64,000 nucleotides of DNA from Lingula anatina (lineage: Eukaryota > Animalia > Brachiopoda): NCBI GenBank assembly GCA_051362555.1, contig CM120649.1:13516001-13580000 (forward strand). Direction: 5' to 3'. Position 1 is the stretch's first letter; every line of letters starts with the position of its first letter. Positions 43,189-58,063 of this stretch are shown here, in pieces. The notes under the pieces are model-generated. The model saw nothing but the letters and a program-made list of their open reading frames with translations. It was not told the origin of the DNA and made no database searches. The position numbers were made by a program, and so were the translations under genes.

Positions 43189-46100
43189 ACCAAAATGATG
43201 TCTAAAATATTGCCACATACTAGTACATGATTTCTGTCTTGGACTGAGAAACACTGGAAGGTAACCCACCCAAGCACCAAAAAATAATGCATAAATTGTG
43301 ACATTGTTTTAGTAAAATATCACCTCCATTATGACTCAGCTTACCTAAAAAAATCTTTGACTCTATCAGATGCCCCCCCCCCATCCCCCTTCCCTTAGTT
43401 GGGTACATAACATGGCTTTACTCACACACTTGTATACAGTGATGGAAAAAAGGGGTATAATACTGGTATCTTATACTAGAATAGGGAATGGTTCTAAAGG
43501 TTAGCTTCCCATGGTTAGAAATCATTATTGATATTTTTTTCTTTCCATGGTAAGAAATTTGTTCCATAAAACACAAGTGCCATGTTTCCCTGTTGAAGTA
43601 TCAATATCAAGGAGAACAAGCAAATAAAATATGTGCAAAATAAAGTTGTAGTGGGGCTTAAGGAGTATGAAAATGTTTTTTAAAATGTTTCTTAAAAGAA
43701 TTCATATAAGGAAGTAAAAAGTGCAAAGCTGATCAGTAAGATCATAACAAACAGAAGGCTGAGAAAAAAGGGAATATGTTACTGCAGAAAGCTATGGATG
43801 ACTCAGAGCACAAAAAGCATTTGTCGCATGCTTCAGTTGAGCTGATATGTTGTTTCCAAGGTAATCAATGTAACCATGACAACTAATGTCTTTTGCATCA
43901 GTGAAATTCCCCCTTCGGCTACAGCTCCGGCTTTGTGTGTAGTTTTTTATAATGTATAAGATTTGAGAAGTCACAATGTCAGAACTAAGGCAAAAGTTAA
44001 TGGGAAGATGGTGTAAGAATACTACTTAAGGAATATAAAATACTAGTAAGTAAACTCTTTCATGCTATGGTATTATAGATAATACCCCCCCCCCCCCCCA
44101 CACACACACACACACCCTCTTTCAAACTAGCACAATAGAAATTCATTTTTTGTGCCTTTTATAGTTTAATTTTTTATTTTAAAATAAAATATAGAGGCAT
44201 GCACATCCAGTGAATGTCATGGATGTTAGTTGATTGGGCACATAAAAAAAATAACAAAATTGCTATTATAGGTGGCATGGTGGAGGGGTTGTTCCTAGTC
44301 CGTGAGAGTGCCAAGTCACCTGGAGACTTTGTGCTATCTCTTGTTCATGGCAGAAAGCCAAGCCATTACCAGATCACGTGCAGTGCTGACACCATGTTTC
44401 AGATTGACGAGGGACCACTGATACAGGGTATGGAAAATACCAAGGAACAATCTTTTTTTCCAAAATATAGAGATGAAAGTCTTTTGATTTTTTTTTGCTG
44501 GGAATTTAGATATTTTGGGTGATATATATATATATATATATATAATATATATATATATATCCTCCCTTGGACTCCCATATGAAGTTGTGTGTCTGCAGTA
44601 CTGGTATTCAGACACCATGTTCTAGATTGATGAGGGACCACTGATACAGGGTAATTGTATGAAAAATACAAAATAGTGGTTATTTTTCTAGAATAAGAAA
44701 TGAAAATCTTGTGGTTTTTTCCGGAATTCTAGATATATGAGTCACTGTGTTATATTCATGCCTCCTTGAACCCCCAGCCTCCACCATAAAGAGCTATGTG
44801 CCTTCAGTACTTACATAAATTTTCTAAATTTTTTAAAGGTCCAATTTAATCTTTTTGTGCAATTGAAGGCTTAGTGTAGTCAGAAAATTTTATCATATAC
44901 GTTGCAGATGCTAAAAATGTCAAAATACATAAAAAAAGGTATTTTAATTTGAACATTTACAGCACTTTGATAAAAGAAAATAAAGAGGTAATATTTTTGG
45001 GTAGCAGCTGTTATAATATATATATCTTGCAAAGCATAACTCCTATTTTATTGGTTTGTGGACAGGACTTGAGCAGTTGATTAAGTATTACCAGAGCAGT
45101 GCCAATGGCCTGCCCACCAAACTGACCACTTTCTGTCATGCCAAGCCACCACCCATGTCCACTAGGAGAGCTGGACGCTCCAATATTTTGCACAGGGCAA
45201 TAACAGAAGGTCAGTTTGATAATTATAATAATAATTATTTACAGTCTTAAATTAAAAAAAAATGTTCAGTGGATTTTACTGGGGTAAATTAACAGCATTA
45301 GATGAATGAAATCAATCTATAAATAAATAGCTAAAATATAAAGATAATATATATATAGTACAAGGTAAAATTAAGAACCATTCAAATCGGTTATAAAACT
45401 TGCTTTAAAATAAAAATATTTAGCTCTTTCTTAAAATGTAAAAACTTGGTAGAATGCTCTATCAAAATGTCATTATTACTTTGAGAAAATATAAAATTTT
45501 CTTTGTTGGATTATTCTTTTGAATGAAGAAATTGAAGAAATGAAAAAAAATAGTTCAATTTTTAAAATTCTCTTTCAATCAATTTTTTCATTACTAAAAA
45601 GTCAAAGTCCTTTTCTCAGATTGCCACCTGCTGTAATAGTGTACAGATAAAATACTTTTTTCTTCTTTTTCAGGAAACAGTGCTGTTGTGAGAAAGATTT
45701 TGAGTAATTTCAAATGTCCAGATATTGATTCCAAAAATGAAAAAGGTAAGTAAACAGAGGAAGTTAATATACCATAAGTCCGTATTGATAACTCATGTTT
45801 GTGTGCAGAGATTGTTGATTGCAGGTTCCCCCCAGGGTTGGGTCAATCCACGTAGATCGATGTTTTTTTAATTAAAGTGGGAATGGGGTTTAAAATTTTA
45901 ATCATATACCCTTTAAATTAATAGATTTTCCATTCATTACTAGGTTCAACAGGACTTCACATAGCCAGTTTTCTAGGTCATGATGACATAGTATTACAGC
46001 TACTGACCAAAGGTGCTAATGTCACAGTGCGGGATGCTGATGGCTGTACTGCTCTGCAGGTTTGTTCTTATTTCTAAATGTACTTGCACAATTACGTCAC

Positions 46101-47737
46101 TTTCACATCAATCAGTATGCTGAACTGGACTATTTAGCTTTTAAATTGATAGGTGGGCAACTTAGTACCTGACTATTATTTGGCTGACTTGTTTCAGCTA
46201 TAGACCTGCTTAATTTAAACAGATCATTTTATGGAATTAAAACAAAATAGCAGTTGTAGAAGTTTACCCGTGCCAAAATTTTACAAGAATAAAATTCAAA
46301 AATGGAAACTTTACGTCTTGTAAGTTAATTACCACATATAAAAACTGAGTTATTTATTCTACTTAATATACAAACGCAGAAGATGTTTTTATTTAAATGT
46401 CTGTCATATTGTCTATCTATTTATTCAACTATCAGTCTGTCTGTGTGTCCATCTGTCCATCTATTTGAATATCCAGCCTATATTTCAGAGGGCCTGTGCT
46501 GGTAACCACCCAAACACCATCATGTTGTTAATTAAGACTGGTGGCGCAGATCCCCAGGACCGCTGCACCACCACAGGGTGGGTACCTCTACACGAGGCGG
46601 CCATGCACGGACACGTCGAGTGCATCAGGGTAAAGTTGATGTATAGGAGTTACAGCATATTTGTTGTTATGTTATTTGTAGTATTTGTGATAATAGATGT
46701 ACCTGAAGTGGTTGTTCTTGTGTTGTTTTAAGGCTGGGTAGTACTTCATGTGCAGCCATGCATTTGCGTGCACAAGGGAATAAGAAGCACAGTAGTTGCT
46801 AAAATTATGTTGTTAAGACTGTAGACTTGTGTAAATCAAGTAAGATTGAAATCGAATGTAAAGAAAAGATAAAAATGAAATTTCTGTGTTTTGACTTCGT
46901 TTGGGTTTTTCTCATAGAGATCATAAGGGATTTCTTTGATTTCTTCACAGGTGCTACTGGCAGCTAATGCTCCCTGTCAGCCTCGTAATGACAGTGGAGA
47001 CACGCCATACCACCTAGCAGTACAGTACGACCGACAGGAGTGCATCAGAATATTTGAAGATTACAAGCCCGCACCCGCCAAAACTCACAAATCTGATTGG
47101 CTGCATCGAAACCTAGACAGACAGAGTGCTGTTGGTTTGCTGCAAAGATGTGGGATGTCAGACGGATTGTTTCTTGTGAGACCGAGTCTGAAACATCCAG
47201 GAGTGTATGTTCTTACAATGGCGCAAAATGGAACCGCTTACAATTATGAGATAAGAAATGTGGTAAGTAGTTTAGAGTCAAAAGGTTTCTGTATTTTTGG
47301 TCAGAGCTTAAAACTTCCAGATAAATTTGAACTAGCTTATACAGTGAGAACTTATAATTTAAAAATCGACTATATCTGTAAAAAAGTAAGAGAGAGAGAG
47401 AGAGAGAAATTTAAACTTGTTTCTCCAAAATGTTTAATTTCATGCTCAGGTAAGTTACTTCCTACAGCTGTCATGTTACAGTTATAACCCATCTGATACA
47501 TATTAGACTATCCAGGAGTGAATACTTATATAATCCCATTCTTTATAATTCATAACACCAGGATCAGACTGGTTACTTCATAGATGATGGTCCCTACTTA
47601 GAGTCCCTAGACCATGTGATCCAGCATTACGCCACCAGGGCTGATGGTCTTCCAGGCAGACTGATAACAGCTATTAGATCAGGTAGGCAGGCAGCTGAAT
47701 GTACACATATCAGTCCATGTGCCTGTGCACAAGCACG

Positions 47738-47786
<49 letters not shown>

Positions 47787-50700
47787 TTTTGCCTGCTGTG
47801 AAAGGTATGGTAGCACAAAGAGTAAATTCTTTTGTACAAATTTCTAAATAACATGATAATTTTTTAAGAGTGATTTTTGACTTTGATGTCAATCACAAAT
47901 GTTGATGCTGTTTTTGTTGCACCAGTGCAGGTATTTAAAACAGTGTCTGGTAAAAGATGATTTTATTTTTACGTTCATGTTTTAACATGAAAAATATAAA
48001 TATAATAATGCATAACGACTTTTTTTTCCAGATGAAACATTGAAACCATTAAACATTCCTCTATACAGTGCCAAAACATTAGGTGAGTTTTTGACAGGAA
48101 TTACTTTTGTCTTTTATATAAAAATCGTTATTGTAAAGATATATGAATATAGATAAAAGTTCAGAATATTTTATTTAGTCTGTTGACTTATTAATTGTTG
48201 CAAGGAGTTGGAAAAGCAAATTATGTATTGCCATGTAGGCCAGTAGTAGTAATCATGCTGAAACTTTCAAACTGTCAAGAATCAGTCAGGTTATCAAAAA
48301 TTTAAGTATTTATTTCTCTTTGTGATTGCCAGTACTGTGATTTTATCAAAATTCAATGACATATAACATTTTGGTTTGAACATAAAGATATATTCTGGTA
48401 CCAGGTATAATACCTTCATTTTGATCTTGGTTTATATTAATTGTTCAAAAACTACAACAATGTTATGTATTTTCAGTGATAATATGTGGTAAAACCAGCT
48501 TCACCTTTGGCATTTTCAGATGACTTCTCGCGCCCCTCCCTTCCTCCTCGTCCCTCCGATCTTGCAGGACAAGATCAGTTTCCAGGTACTGGGAATGGTG
48601 ATGTCCCGCCACCAGCGCCCCCTATTGAGACAATTCCAAAACTTGGCTTGCAGAAAATGTTGTCGAAGTCCCAAGAACTGTTGTCCTCATCTCCTCCACC
48701 TCCACCACCAGCCATCAGTAAGATACCCAAGAGAGGAATAATGGTGAGCTTATACTAGGGAAGTCCTTAGACAAAAATTGATATTTTTCCCCCACTATTT
48801 CTTTTAAATTTCATTGCCTAAAATCCCTTGGTTTTACAAGCCTAGGTTGGATTTTATTTAGCAATAAGTACAATTTTATGAGTTTTCTCGGGAGAGATAG
48901 CAGCATGTAATTATTTTATTGATTAGTTTATATGGACTGTTGTTAGAAAAAATGACAAGAGGCAAATGAGAACAAAGACCACCACCAACAGTATGCATGA
49001 TCAGTCAATTAATAAAGAAGAATAAACATAAAGTGATAACAGCTCTTCATTTTTGCAGGAAAGTGCCATTAAACTGGATTTTCCTGGGATAAACTACAAT
49101 GTTCCTATACTTCCAATAACGTGAACAGTTTTTCACATATAACCCTGATAACACATGTGGTTGTTTTATGTTTAAGGTGAATAGAACGAAATCTGTGGAT
49201 GACACTGATGATTTGGGTCGTCCTGGCACACCCCCTGTGCTGCCACCTGGTGACATGTTACCTAAACCTCCGTCAACACCAGAGCCAGATGAAGAAGACA
49301 AGAGGAAACCCGTCAAGGTAGTGGCGAGTGTCTAATTAAAAAAGAAAACTGAATAATTATGTAATGAACTGTGAAATATGCCCTGAAAACCATTTATCTA
49401 GCTAATTGGCTTTGATTAATAAACAGCATGCACAATTTTGCCCTTTTTGCATAATTATGATGCTAATTTAAACTAACTTCAAACATGTAAGCGATACACA
49501 AATAGGATGTCATACTTCATATTGAATTAAGGAATAACAAAAAATGTCTTTACTTCAGATGGAGAGAAAGAAGAAGGTTTGGGCCAAGCAAAGGGCAGCG
49601 GAACAGGAAGAAAAAGTATTAAACTTAATAGAACCAAAGAGAATCAAATTACGTGAGTAAAAATTTTATAAAATACATAAATATGTTAGAGACATTGCAA
49701 AGTGTTATCTTATTATCATATCATACTTTAGAAAAGAAATGGCATTTTTGGAAACTGGCCTAATTTCTGTGAAAGCTCTTGACCTTCAAAATAAAATTGG
49801 AAACCTGTTTGACTTGAATGATGGTATACATGATTATACTATGAGCTTTTTAAGAGCTAGATTCTTGGGCTAAAACTCAGCCTTCTGAAATTGGATAGTT
49901 AACTGCACAAAGTGGATCATGCTATATTGTTCTAAGAATTAAAAAAAATATTGGCCTGCAGTAAATGTATTTAACATGCCTAAATGGGTTACTATCACCA
50001 CTATCAGTAACAAAAAGCTTACATAGGCAATACAATCACAAAATGCTCGCGATGGGAAATAAAAGAAGTGAACGGCATTTAAGATCATTTTTGGGGGAAC
50101 ACGATTTACTAGGCTAAGTTGTTAGCTCAGAAACTGGCATTCTGAATGGACAAGTCATTGGCATATATTGTGTATTTCATAACAGGTCATGAGCTGGGTC
50201 AAGGAGAGTATGGGTCAGTCATGAAAGGAGAGTGGACCAACCCCAAGGGAAAGAAGGTGAGGAACAGACTACTGTAAATAAGATTTTGAATTAGTAAAAA
50301 AGTAATTCATGACATTTTTATTAGACAGGTGCAAAAGTTAAAAGATTTATGATTTTTTTGAAAAAAGAAAAAGAAAGGAAAAAAATGGTGGTGGGGAAAT
50401 CCCTTTTGCCCTCTGCTCCCTGTTGACTGACATGGTTGAAATAACTGAGATGGGAGTGGGGAGGGGGCGGGTGGTGGCTCATCATATTAGGTTTTGGATT
50501 TGTTATTATTACATAGCTTTTGAAAGTTGACAGCTTAAATCCAAATAAAACCTGCTGCTGATCACATGAAATACTTTGTTTTCTCCAGGTTGAGGTAGCA
50601 GTGAAGACACTCCATGAAGATAACATTCAGTCTGGCAAACAGGAGTTCTTACGAGAAGCCAAAGTGATGTACGGACTGAAGAATGAGTGTATAGTACAGC

Positions 50701-52818
50701 TAATTGGGGTATGCGAGGGTCCTCCTATGATGCTGGTAAGATAAAAAGTGATTTGATTGATGAGCTATTTTTAAAGAATATATTTTGATTAACACTTTTA
50801 ATTGCTTTAATTTGTAAAAAAAGTAATTTCATGATTCAGTTTATTCAATACAACGTGACATAATAACTTTAGATTTTAAGATAAATCAGCAATGTGAACC
50901 AAATAAGGAACAAAACTGTTGCAGCAAAAATAAATAAATAAATAAATAAATAAACTATATTTTATATACTTTAAAAACCAATTTAAAAGTACACCACATT
51001 TTGCATTATGCTAAGATTTTCAATACCAAAACACATCCAGTAAACAGATCTGTATTTTCTGACCTTCTTAGGTACAAGAGCTGGTTCCTATGGGCTCTAT
51101 GCTGGACTTCCTGCTGGACTACCCACACAAGATCAGGATCAAAGAGGACTTGGAGCTGTGGGCAGCTCAGATAGCATGTGGTATGAAATACCTGGAGACC
51201 AAGGGGTTCGTACACAGGGATCTGGCTGCCAGGAATATTTTGTTGGCGTCGAAAAAACAGGTACATGTGACTTATATGATGTTGGTAAACATTTCTAACT
51301 GTCACAGAATTTTTAAACTGCTATGTTATGCACCAGATTTTTTTCTTTTTAGAGGGATGATGTTGGTTGAATAGTATACACTGAAGATGATTATTATTAA
51401 AAAGTAAATCTCACCAGACGCGGATCTTACTTTATAAATTATTTATTGCACTGTGCATATAGGGAGAGGTATGTTTATACACAAATACACATATATTAAG
51501 TGTACATCTGACCTTTAATAACAGTATTTTACAGTTAAATGGATGTTTAGAACAAGAAATATGTAGTGAAAGGTCTCAGGTTAAAAAGGCAGCTTTGTAA
51601 GAGGCTAATGTAAGTTTCAGTATCAGGGTTATAGGTGTTTCTCATTTGGTATTTTACAGTATTTTAATGTCTTCCAGGCCAAGATCAGTGACTTTGGGTT
51701 ATCAAGGGCAGTTGGGGCTGGCAGTGATTACTACAGGGCTTCTGCAGGAGGGCGGTGGCCAGTGAAATGGTGAGTGTGTGCACACACATGCACGCACACA
51801 CACACACGCACACACACACACACACACATTAGAGAAGAGTTTCAGAGAAGAACCATCTCCTCTTTAATTTTACTGAACCCCCCTCCCCTTCATCCACCAA
51901 CACACACAGTTTTAATATCCAGCATCATTTTATATTTATTTTAGATTATTAAAAAAAATATGTACAGCAGGTGCATCTGTTGAAAATAGACATACGTGAT
52001 AAGTTAACAAAGGTGAATAAAAGTGAACAAGTTTAATTAAAGCTCTAAGTTGTGACTAGAATACATTTATAAAGACTGTACCTTGAATAAATAGAGAATG
52101 GAATGTAGTTATTCAAATACTTTCCACTTAAAAAACAATGTTTAGAGATCTTGTAAATGTTTTTTGCATCTGCCTTGGCTATCAAATCATGTGTCAAAAT
52201 AAGATGCATGTATTTTTTATTCATAGATTTTTAATTATGAATTAGGTATGCGCCAGAGTCTGTGAACTATGGTACATTTTCCCATGCCAGCGATGTGTGG
52301 AGTTATGGCGTCACTCTGTGGGAAATGTTCTCATTTGGAGAGCAACCCTATGGAGAGATGAATGGGGCACAGGTAATATTTCTGTTTTTTTTTTTTTCTT
52401 GGTTGTCAGCTGAGAGGCAGGTTTAGCTTCTCCCACACCATGCATCTTGATCTTCAGCCCTTCGTTTGTTCGCACCATAACTTTCTGTTCTGCTGTTTTC
52501 TTTCTTCTTACACCAGTGGTTGAACATTGCATTCTCTTACATATTTCTTTCAATATATCATTAATGTTTTAAAATGATATAATTATGTTTTGGGAAATGC
52601 TCTGAATTGGACATTTTCCCTTTGAAAGAGATGAATAGTGTGTGTGTGTAGCTCTAAATTGTACTGGAGACAATATATTTGTGTTAAAATAAAAAAAAAA
52701 AAAATAGAAAGAACGATACTTGCTGAATGACCCATATGGTTTATAATTTCCTACCAGTTTTTATGTCCTTTAAATTCAAATATTCTGTCTACATTAATTG
52801 TAAAACTACTCATTCAGA

Positions 52819-52861
<43 letters not shown>

Positions 52862-53237
52862 GTAATGATAATATTAATTTAATGTTTATCAAATCAGAAC
52901 TGTTTAACCAGTTCCCAAATATATGCCTAAACAATGGGGCTGAAACTCTTAAGAGGGTCATTAGAGGTTTTCACAAATGAGTGCTGTGTTAAACACTGCA
53001 TTAGAATAATCAAATACTTTTAACCACAACACATTTTTTTCGATGCAGGTGATAGCACTAATTGAAAAAGGTGGTCGTCTTCAGATCCCAGAAAGGTGCC
53101 CTGAGAAGGTGTATGACATCATGTTGCAGTGCTGGGACTATGACGACAAGAACAGACCCACTTTCCAACAACTCAATGAACATTTTGCAATGGACCCCGA
53201 GTATGCGACGACTAGAGACTTGGTCAAGGGAAGATGA
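42237..53237 (+). CDS. SHARK: SH2-ankyrin-SH2 tyrosine kinase (SHARK/HTK16). Exons (some approximate) 42237-42462, 44272-44427, 45066-45209, 45674-45745, 45944-46059, 46489-46629, 46951-47262, 47562-47682, 48032-48082, 48477/48520-48742, 49177-49317, 49559-49652, 50186-50256, 50589-50735, 51072-51260, 51678-51769, 52246-52372, 53049-53237
   Basis: SH2 ([16 protein letters not shown]), ankyrin repeats ([25 protein letters not shown]), second SH2 ([16 protein letters not shown]), Pro-rich linker, kinase motifs [47 protein letters not shown]. Confidence 0.95.
42835..43008. repeat. Interrupted (AT)n microsatellite
   Basis: Long AT dinucleotide runs; similar runs at 43153-43183, 44522-44559 and 61358-61424. 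Confidence 0.95.
47734..47784. repeat. (CA)n microsatellite
   Basis: Direct observation; similar tracts at 51781-51828 and (GT)n at 55721-55751. Confidence 0.95.
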
Positions 53238-53370
53238 TAGAGGAACTGTTACCATGGCAACAGCCTGAAACTTGGTCAGGGGATGATGATAATAATGAAA
53301 CTGTTACCATGGCAACAGCCAGAGACTTGGTCAAGGGATGATGTCAGAGGAACTGTTACCATGGCAACAA
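53214..53370 (+). repeat. Three tandem copies (about 52-55 bp) spanning the SHARK stop codon, each with a perfect X-box (RFX motif)
   Basis: ACTTGGTCA.GGGA.GATG...AACTGTTACCATGGCAACA repeated three times; GTTACCATGGCAAC at 53248, 53303 and 53355. Confidence 0.85.
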
Positions 53371-55718
53371 CTTAATTGTACACAGCCTAGTTCATGGCTG
53401 TCAAATGTGGGTGCTAGTTATTAGTGATCATGGCTTGAAAAAAGTCCCAGAGATTCTATACGAGTAGGTTTTAGCTCATGGTCACACAACATTTTTATCT
53501 CCGTTTCACATGCTTCCTAGAGGAATATTTGAACATTTAAACCACTAGTCTATACTTAACCAGTAAATATCATACATACACAAGAAAAGTATTTCTAATT
53601 GATAGGTATACTGAAAAGAAGACAATGATTTTGCCACTGAAGGATCATCAGGGTATCAATAAGTCGTATTATTTTACAAGGAACTGTATTGGCAGAGAGT
53701 ATTATGTGTTCTTTGATAAAATGATACTGTAAGATGGTGGAGTAGCTACTAAAAATAGACATTATTTGATATCTGGAAAGCAGGATGCACTGAAACATAC
53801 TGACATGTATTTGTTTGATGTATGCAAAACGTGAGCTTCTTTCAAAAAAAAAAATTGATCCATATTTTTAGTGATTAGTTTACATTTAATGAATGGGCTT
53901 TCGTATGTCATAAACAAAGCTTTCATTAGCAAATATACCTTCAGATTAAAGGGTTTCTTTTGAATATACATATTTTCTGTCCATATAGTTTTTATCATAA
54001 TTACATAGAAATAACTTTAAAGTTCTCTGCCAGGGCGTATGTGAATTTTAACATCATTGCTTGTATTCTGATGTTTTTATAGTTTGTATCAAACATGCTT
54101 TCAAGTTATTTCCCTAATATAATGTAGTTTACAGAAGGGGAACAGCTTTTAGTAGAGTCTTTGTCCACTTGATATTTTATTTTTTATATATTATGATTTC
54201 TTCATTGGGGGAATTTTCACATTTTACCAAGAGTGGTTTATTTTTTTAAACCAGCCATATTTAGAAAAGGACATATACTTGTTAATTGACCTCCAAGAAA
54301 ACTGAGCTATAAAAGGGTTGTGTAAAAATAATGGTGTGAAATTATAACAGTTAAAGAGCAATTCACATGAGATTACTGTTTAAAACATTTGTCTGGTTAG
54401 AACTGTACAGTTAGAAATTTTCAACTATTTTGTCGATGATGGTACTAGAATAATATTAGAATTAAAATCATAATTGTAGGTGTTGTAAAAGAATTACTTA
54501 ATGTTTTAATAGAGGGGGGGGGGAGGTATTATTCGCCAAAAACAATTTGAAAGTTAAGTTACAGGGAACACGTGACTTTCTACAAGCAATCTGTAGGTCC
54601 TACAAGGTACAATAATAGTCATTCCTTTTGTCAAAATGTGCACAAATATATTGTTTGTCAAATTACGTGTTGATGCTTCTTTGATTAAATCATTTGTATT
54701 CATACTAGTACATGTCAGATCTAGTATTTTGCTAATGGAGGGAACAGATGGGTAATGTGTTTGTGTGTCTTCACCCGGCGGCATTAAAAAAAGTTGACGG
54801 CATTTTTGCGGTACAAACTGCGAAAAGTTGCTGGTTTCTTCTCGTTCGTCCCTGAAGAGAAGAGGATATCTAGACCTGAGCTAATGAGTAGTTTTTTTTT
54901 TTTTTGAGGGGGGTGGGGGGGGGGGGGGAGACACGAGGTGTACTATTCTTGCACTGGTTCAGCCACATTTGCCAGTACTAAAACGTGTAGAATTTTTATG
55001 GCGGGCGAAACCGCCTTTTGTTCTGTATGGGGAGTATTTAAAATTTTTTTTCGGGGGGGGGGGGGGGGGGGGGAAGTTCAGTATTTACAAGTAACTTTAT
55101 GAATTATTAGACCTGATGCTACTGCAGCGTGATGTTTAACATTATTTACATACTGATTTTGGCCAGCCGTGTTGATTTAACAGAGGTTAAATCAGTATTG
55201 ACTTAACCTCTGTTATGCTGTTAACTCAAATCCAAGGGGTATTAGCTAAATAACATTAAAATATTTAAAAGGCATTAAATTAGAGCAAGAATCGACCAAC
55301 AGGCCTGTGGTATAGTATGCGCCGGACTTTAGCTCTAGTTGTGTTGTCAACGAACTTTTATTCGACTGTGTCTGTTTCAACCTGTGTGTAATTGTTGTGC
55401 CTCCTGCTATGGCGGTGCAAGTGAAATGACAAATGAATATTTTACATTTAATTTGATGTAATTATGATGAAGGCCACGTACTCCCAAGTTCATCGCGAGT
55501 GATCTTATGCTATGCCGCAGCGTTACTCTACCATAGTTATATTACCACCATCTATCTTCCTCACCCTGCCCCTCCCACCCAATGACCCAGTGTTAATTCC
55601 AAGCACCGTTACGGTACGGGACTGGCTGTTAGCTCGGATCTAGGTATCCGCTACGGGGAAAGAGCGATGTAGGTGTTTGTGTGTGCACGAGTGTGTGTGT
55701 GTTTATGTTTGCACGCGT

Positions 55719-55754
<36 letters not shown>

Positions 55755-57530
55755 TGGAGGGAGGAGGTTAAGGATAGATGATGCCAAGGTCCACACATGT
55801 TGTTCTTGTTGTCTTGTGCTTAATTGTGAAGTGTATGTCATGGAAAGCCTTCCCTCTGATCATCACCACAATAAATTTTCAATGTTTTTTGTTCCAGGCT
55901 CATTGATCTGAACTCAAAGTTGGCATTAATTTTTTATCACTCTTTTCCAACAGACATTAAGTGATAATGGCGTAATTATTGTATAACAACGTGCGAAGTC
56001 TTGCTTGCCAAATACTACGTAAAATACATATAACAATCCACTAGGCGGGCACTTTCAGCACAACACGTGGCTTTTTAAAATGTATAGTCTGAGACGGGTG
56101 GATGAGACCAACATGATAATACGTCACCTTTTACGTTGAAACCAAGTGTAATATTTGAATGAGGCGTCACCACAATGATGAACAGAGGTGCTAGTGACAT
56201 CGTGAAAGAAAGGAGTATTGGAGTATGCAGTAACTGGACTCCGAAATTTAGGACGTGAAAAGGTATTTATGAAATAGCAAGAAATGTATTGACGTTTTGG
56301 TGCTTGAACAAGCTTTTATCAAACAAGCTTTATTTGCATAAATTTACACGTCATTTATGAATGACGCCATGATTATGGTTAAAATTGTAGTAAAACTGTA
56401 TCTCTGTTATCTCTTTTACCTGAATAACTGAATGCAAAAATGCAAACACAGATGAAAAAAATGGTCAATAAAAGACTCATTTAATTTAACAAAACTTCTT
56501 AAATTGAAAAGGCGAATCTGTAGAAAAAATGACAGTTAAGTCAGAAAATGCACAGAGGTAAAAATGTCGAAAAAACAGTAAGTGTTATGGGTAACATCAT
56601 AGAATTTCCGCACGGTTATTCTCGGGCAAAGTACAGAAATGACATGGGGAAAATGCGGAAGATAAATTATGGTACGGTGAAATATGGTTAAAAATTAAGA
56701 CCAATGCGCGTAAATTACTTTAGCTTCACAGAAAACAGTGTTATAGTGACAAATAACGAGTTTTGAGCTTTCGAGTTTAATTAACCGACTCTATTTCATA
56801 CAATTTCACACGTATCTAAACTCTATTTCTCAGTACTAATCATGCATTAACTTTGCGTGATTACAAGGAATTTTCCATTATCATGTTGCAAACCACCATT
56901 CAACATTTCCTTATAAGGTAATTTATAAAAAAAAATTTTCAATTTAAAATGCTTGGACCATACCCATCGTTAGTTTGCATGTTTTTAACACGTGTCAGAA
57001 ACTATTGAGAAATTAACCAATTAAATCGAACTATGTGACTTTGACATGTTCCATCTTTTCCTGCCACGAAAACAATTTCTGCACTAGTTCACACTTGAAG
57101 AACCTAACTTACACTAAATAACACCCTATCCTTTTACTCATTTCATTCTGTTTCAATTATTATTTGCAATAAGTGAAAATTTGCTTTACAACAACAGGAA
57201 TCCTGAAACACTTGCTAAGTACAACCAAACTTGTCGTCGCGTTCAATGATATACCTGAAAGGCACTGTTAAAAGGTGAATTATGCATAAGAAAAGGCAAT
57301 TGCGACTGGGGTTGACTCGTTGCAAATAATACCCTCGCAACGTGTTAAGATATCGATATAAGCACGCGGTCGCAAATTGCGACGCCTTCGAGTTAGGCAG
57401 TGGTGCTGATTGACATGAGCTGATGAATTGGAACTCCGTGTTAAAATGTCGTATATTATAGTTTAAAGATTATTATTATTATTATTATTCTGATGAAAAT
57501 TCATCTGTGTAGTCCTAGGATATGATTTAA

Positions 57531-57623
57531 GTATTAAACTTTTCAATTTCTACACTAAAAATATCATCATAAAAATGTCAGGTATAGCTCTATTTTTAGT
57601 GTAGAAATTGAAAAATGTAATAC
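57531..57623. repeat. Inverted repeat / hairpin about 450 bp upstream of the P450 ATG
   Basis: TTTTCAATTTCTACACTAAAAATA versus TATTTTTAGTGTAGAAATTGAAAA, 27-nt loop. Confidence 0.75.
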
Positions 57624-57627
57624 TTGA

Positions 57628-57666
<39 letters not shown>

Positions 57667-58063
57667 TTTACATGTAATGTATTAATTATAATTATTACTA
57701 TTTTAACGATGTAGCATATTTCTTGTAGTTTAATACTTTAAAAGGCACAAAGGCCTATATACTAATGGATTAAAATGTCCCCATGCAGTGACGCCTAGTG
57801 ATCCCATTACTTAAATATCTTGTGACATTATTGAAGGATAAACCTGACGCGAGAATTGTTTATTGCCTAGGCAATGTCTAGATATTTGTGTTAATAGCCC
57901 CCATATTGTCCAGGTGTTGACAGGTGAAGCGTGATAGAACATAAAACGCTGCTACAGTATTTTGATTACATGTATATTTAAAGATATAGAAAGAAGCCTG
58001 TTAATGTATCGTGTTGGACAGACCAATTTAGATGTGGGTCAGGGCATATAAATACGGAATACA

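Noticed and set aside
42806-43269. ORFs with YIYIYI or HTHTHT/VCVCVC runs here and at 47616-47892 and 55629-55911
   Set aside because: Translations of microsatellites.
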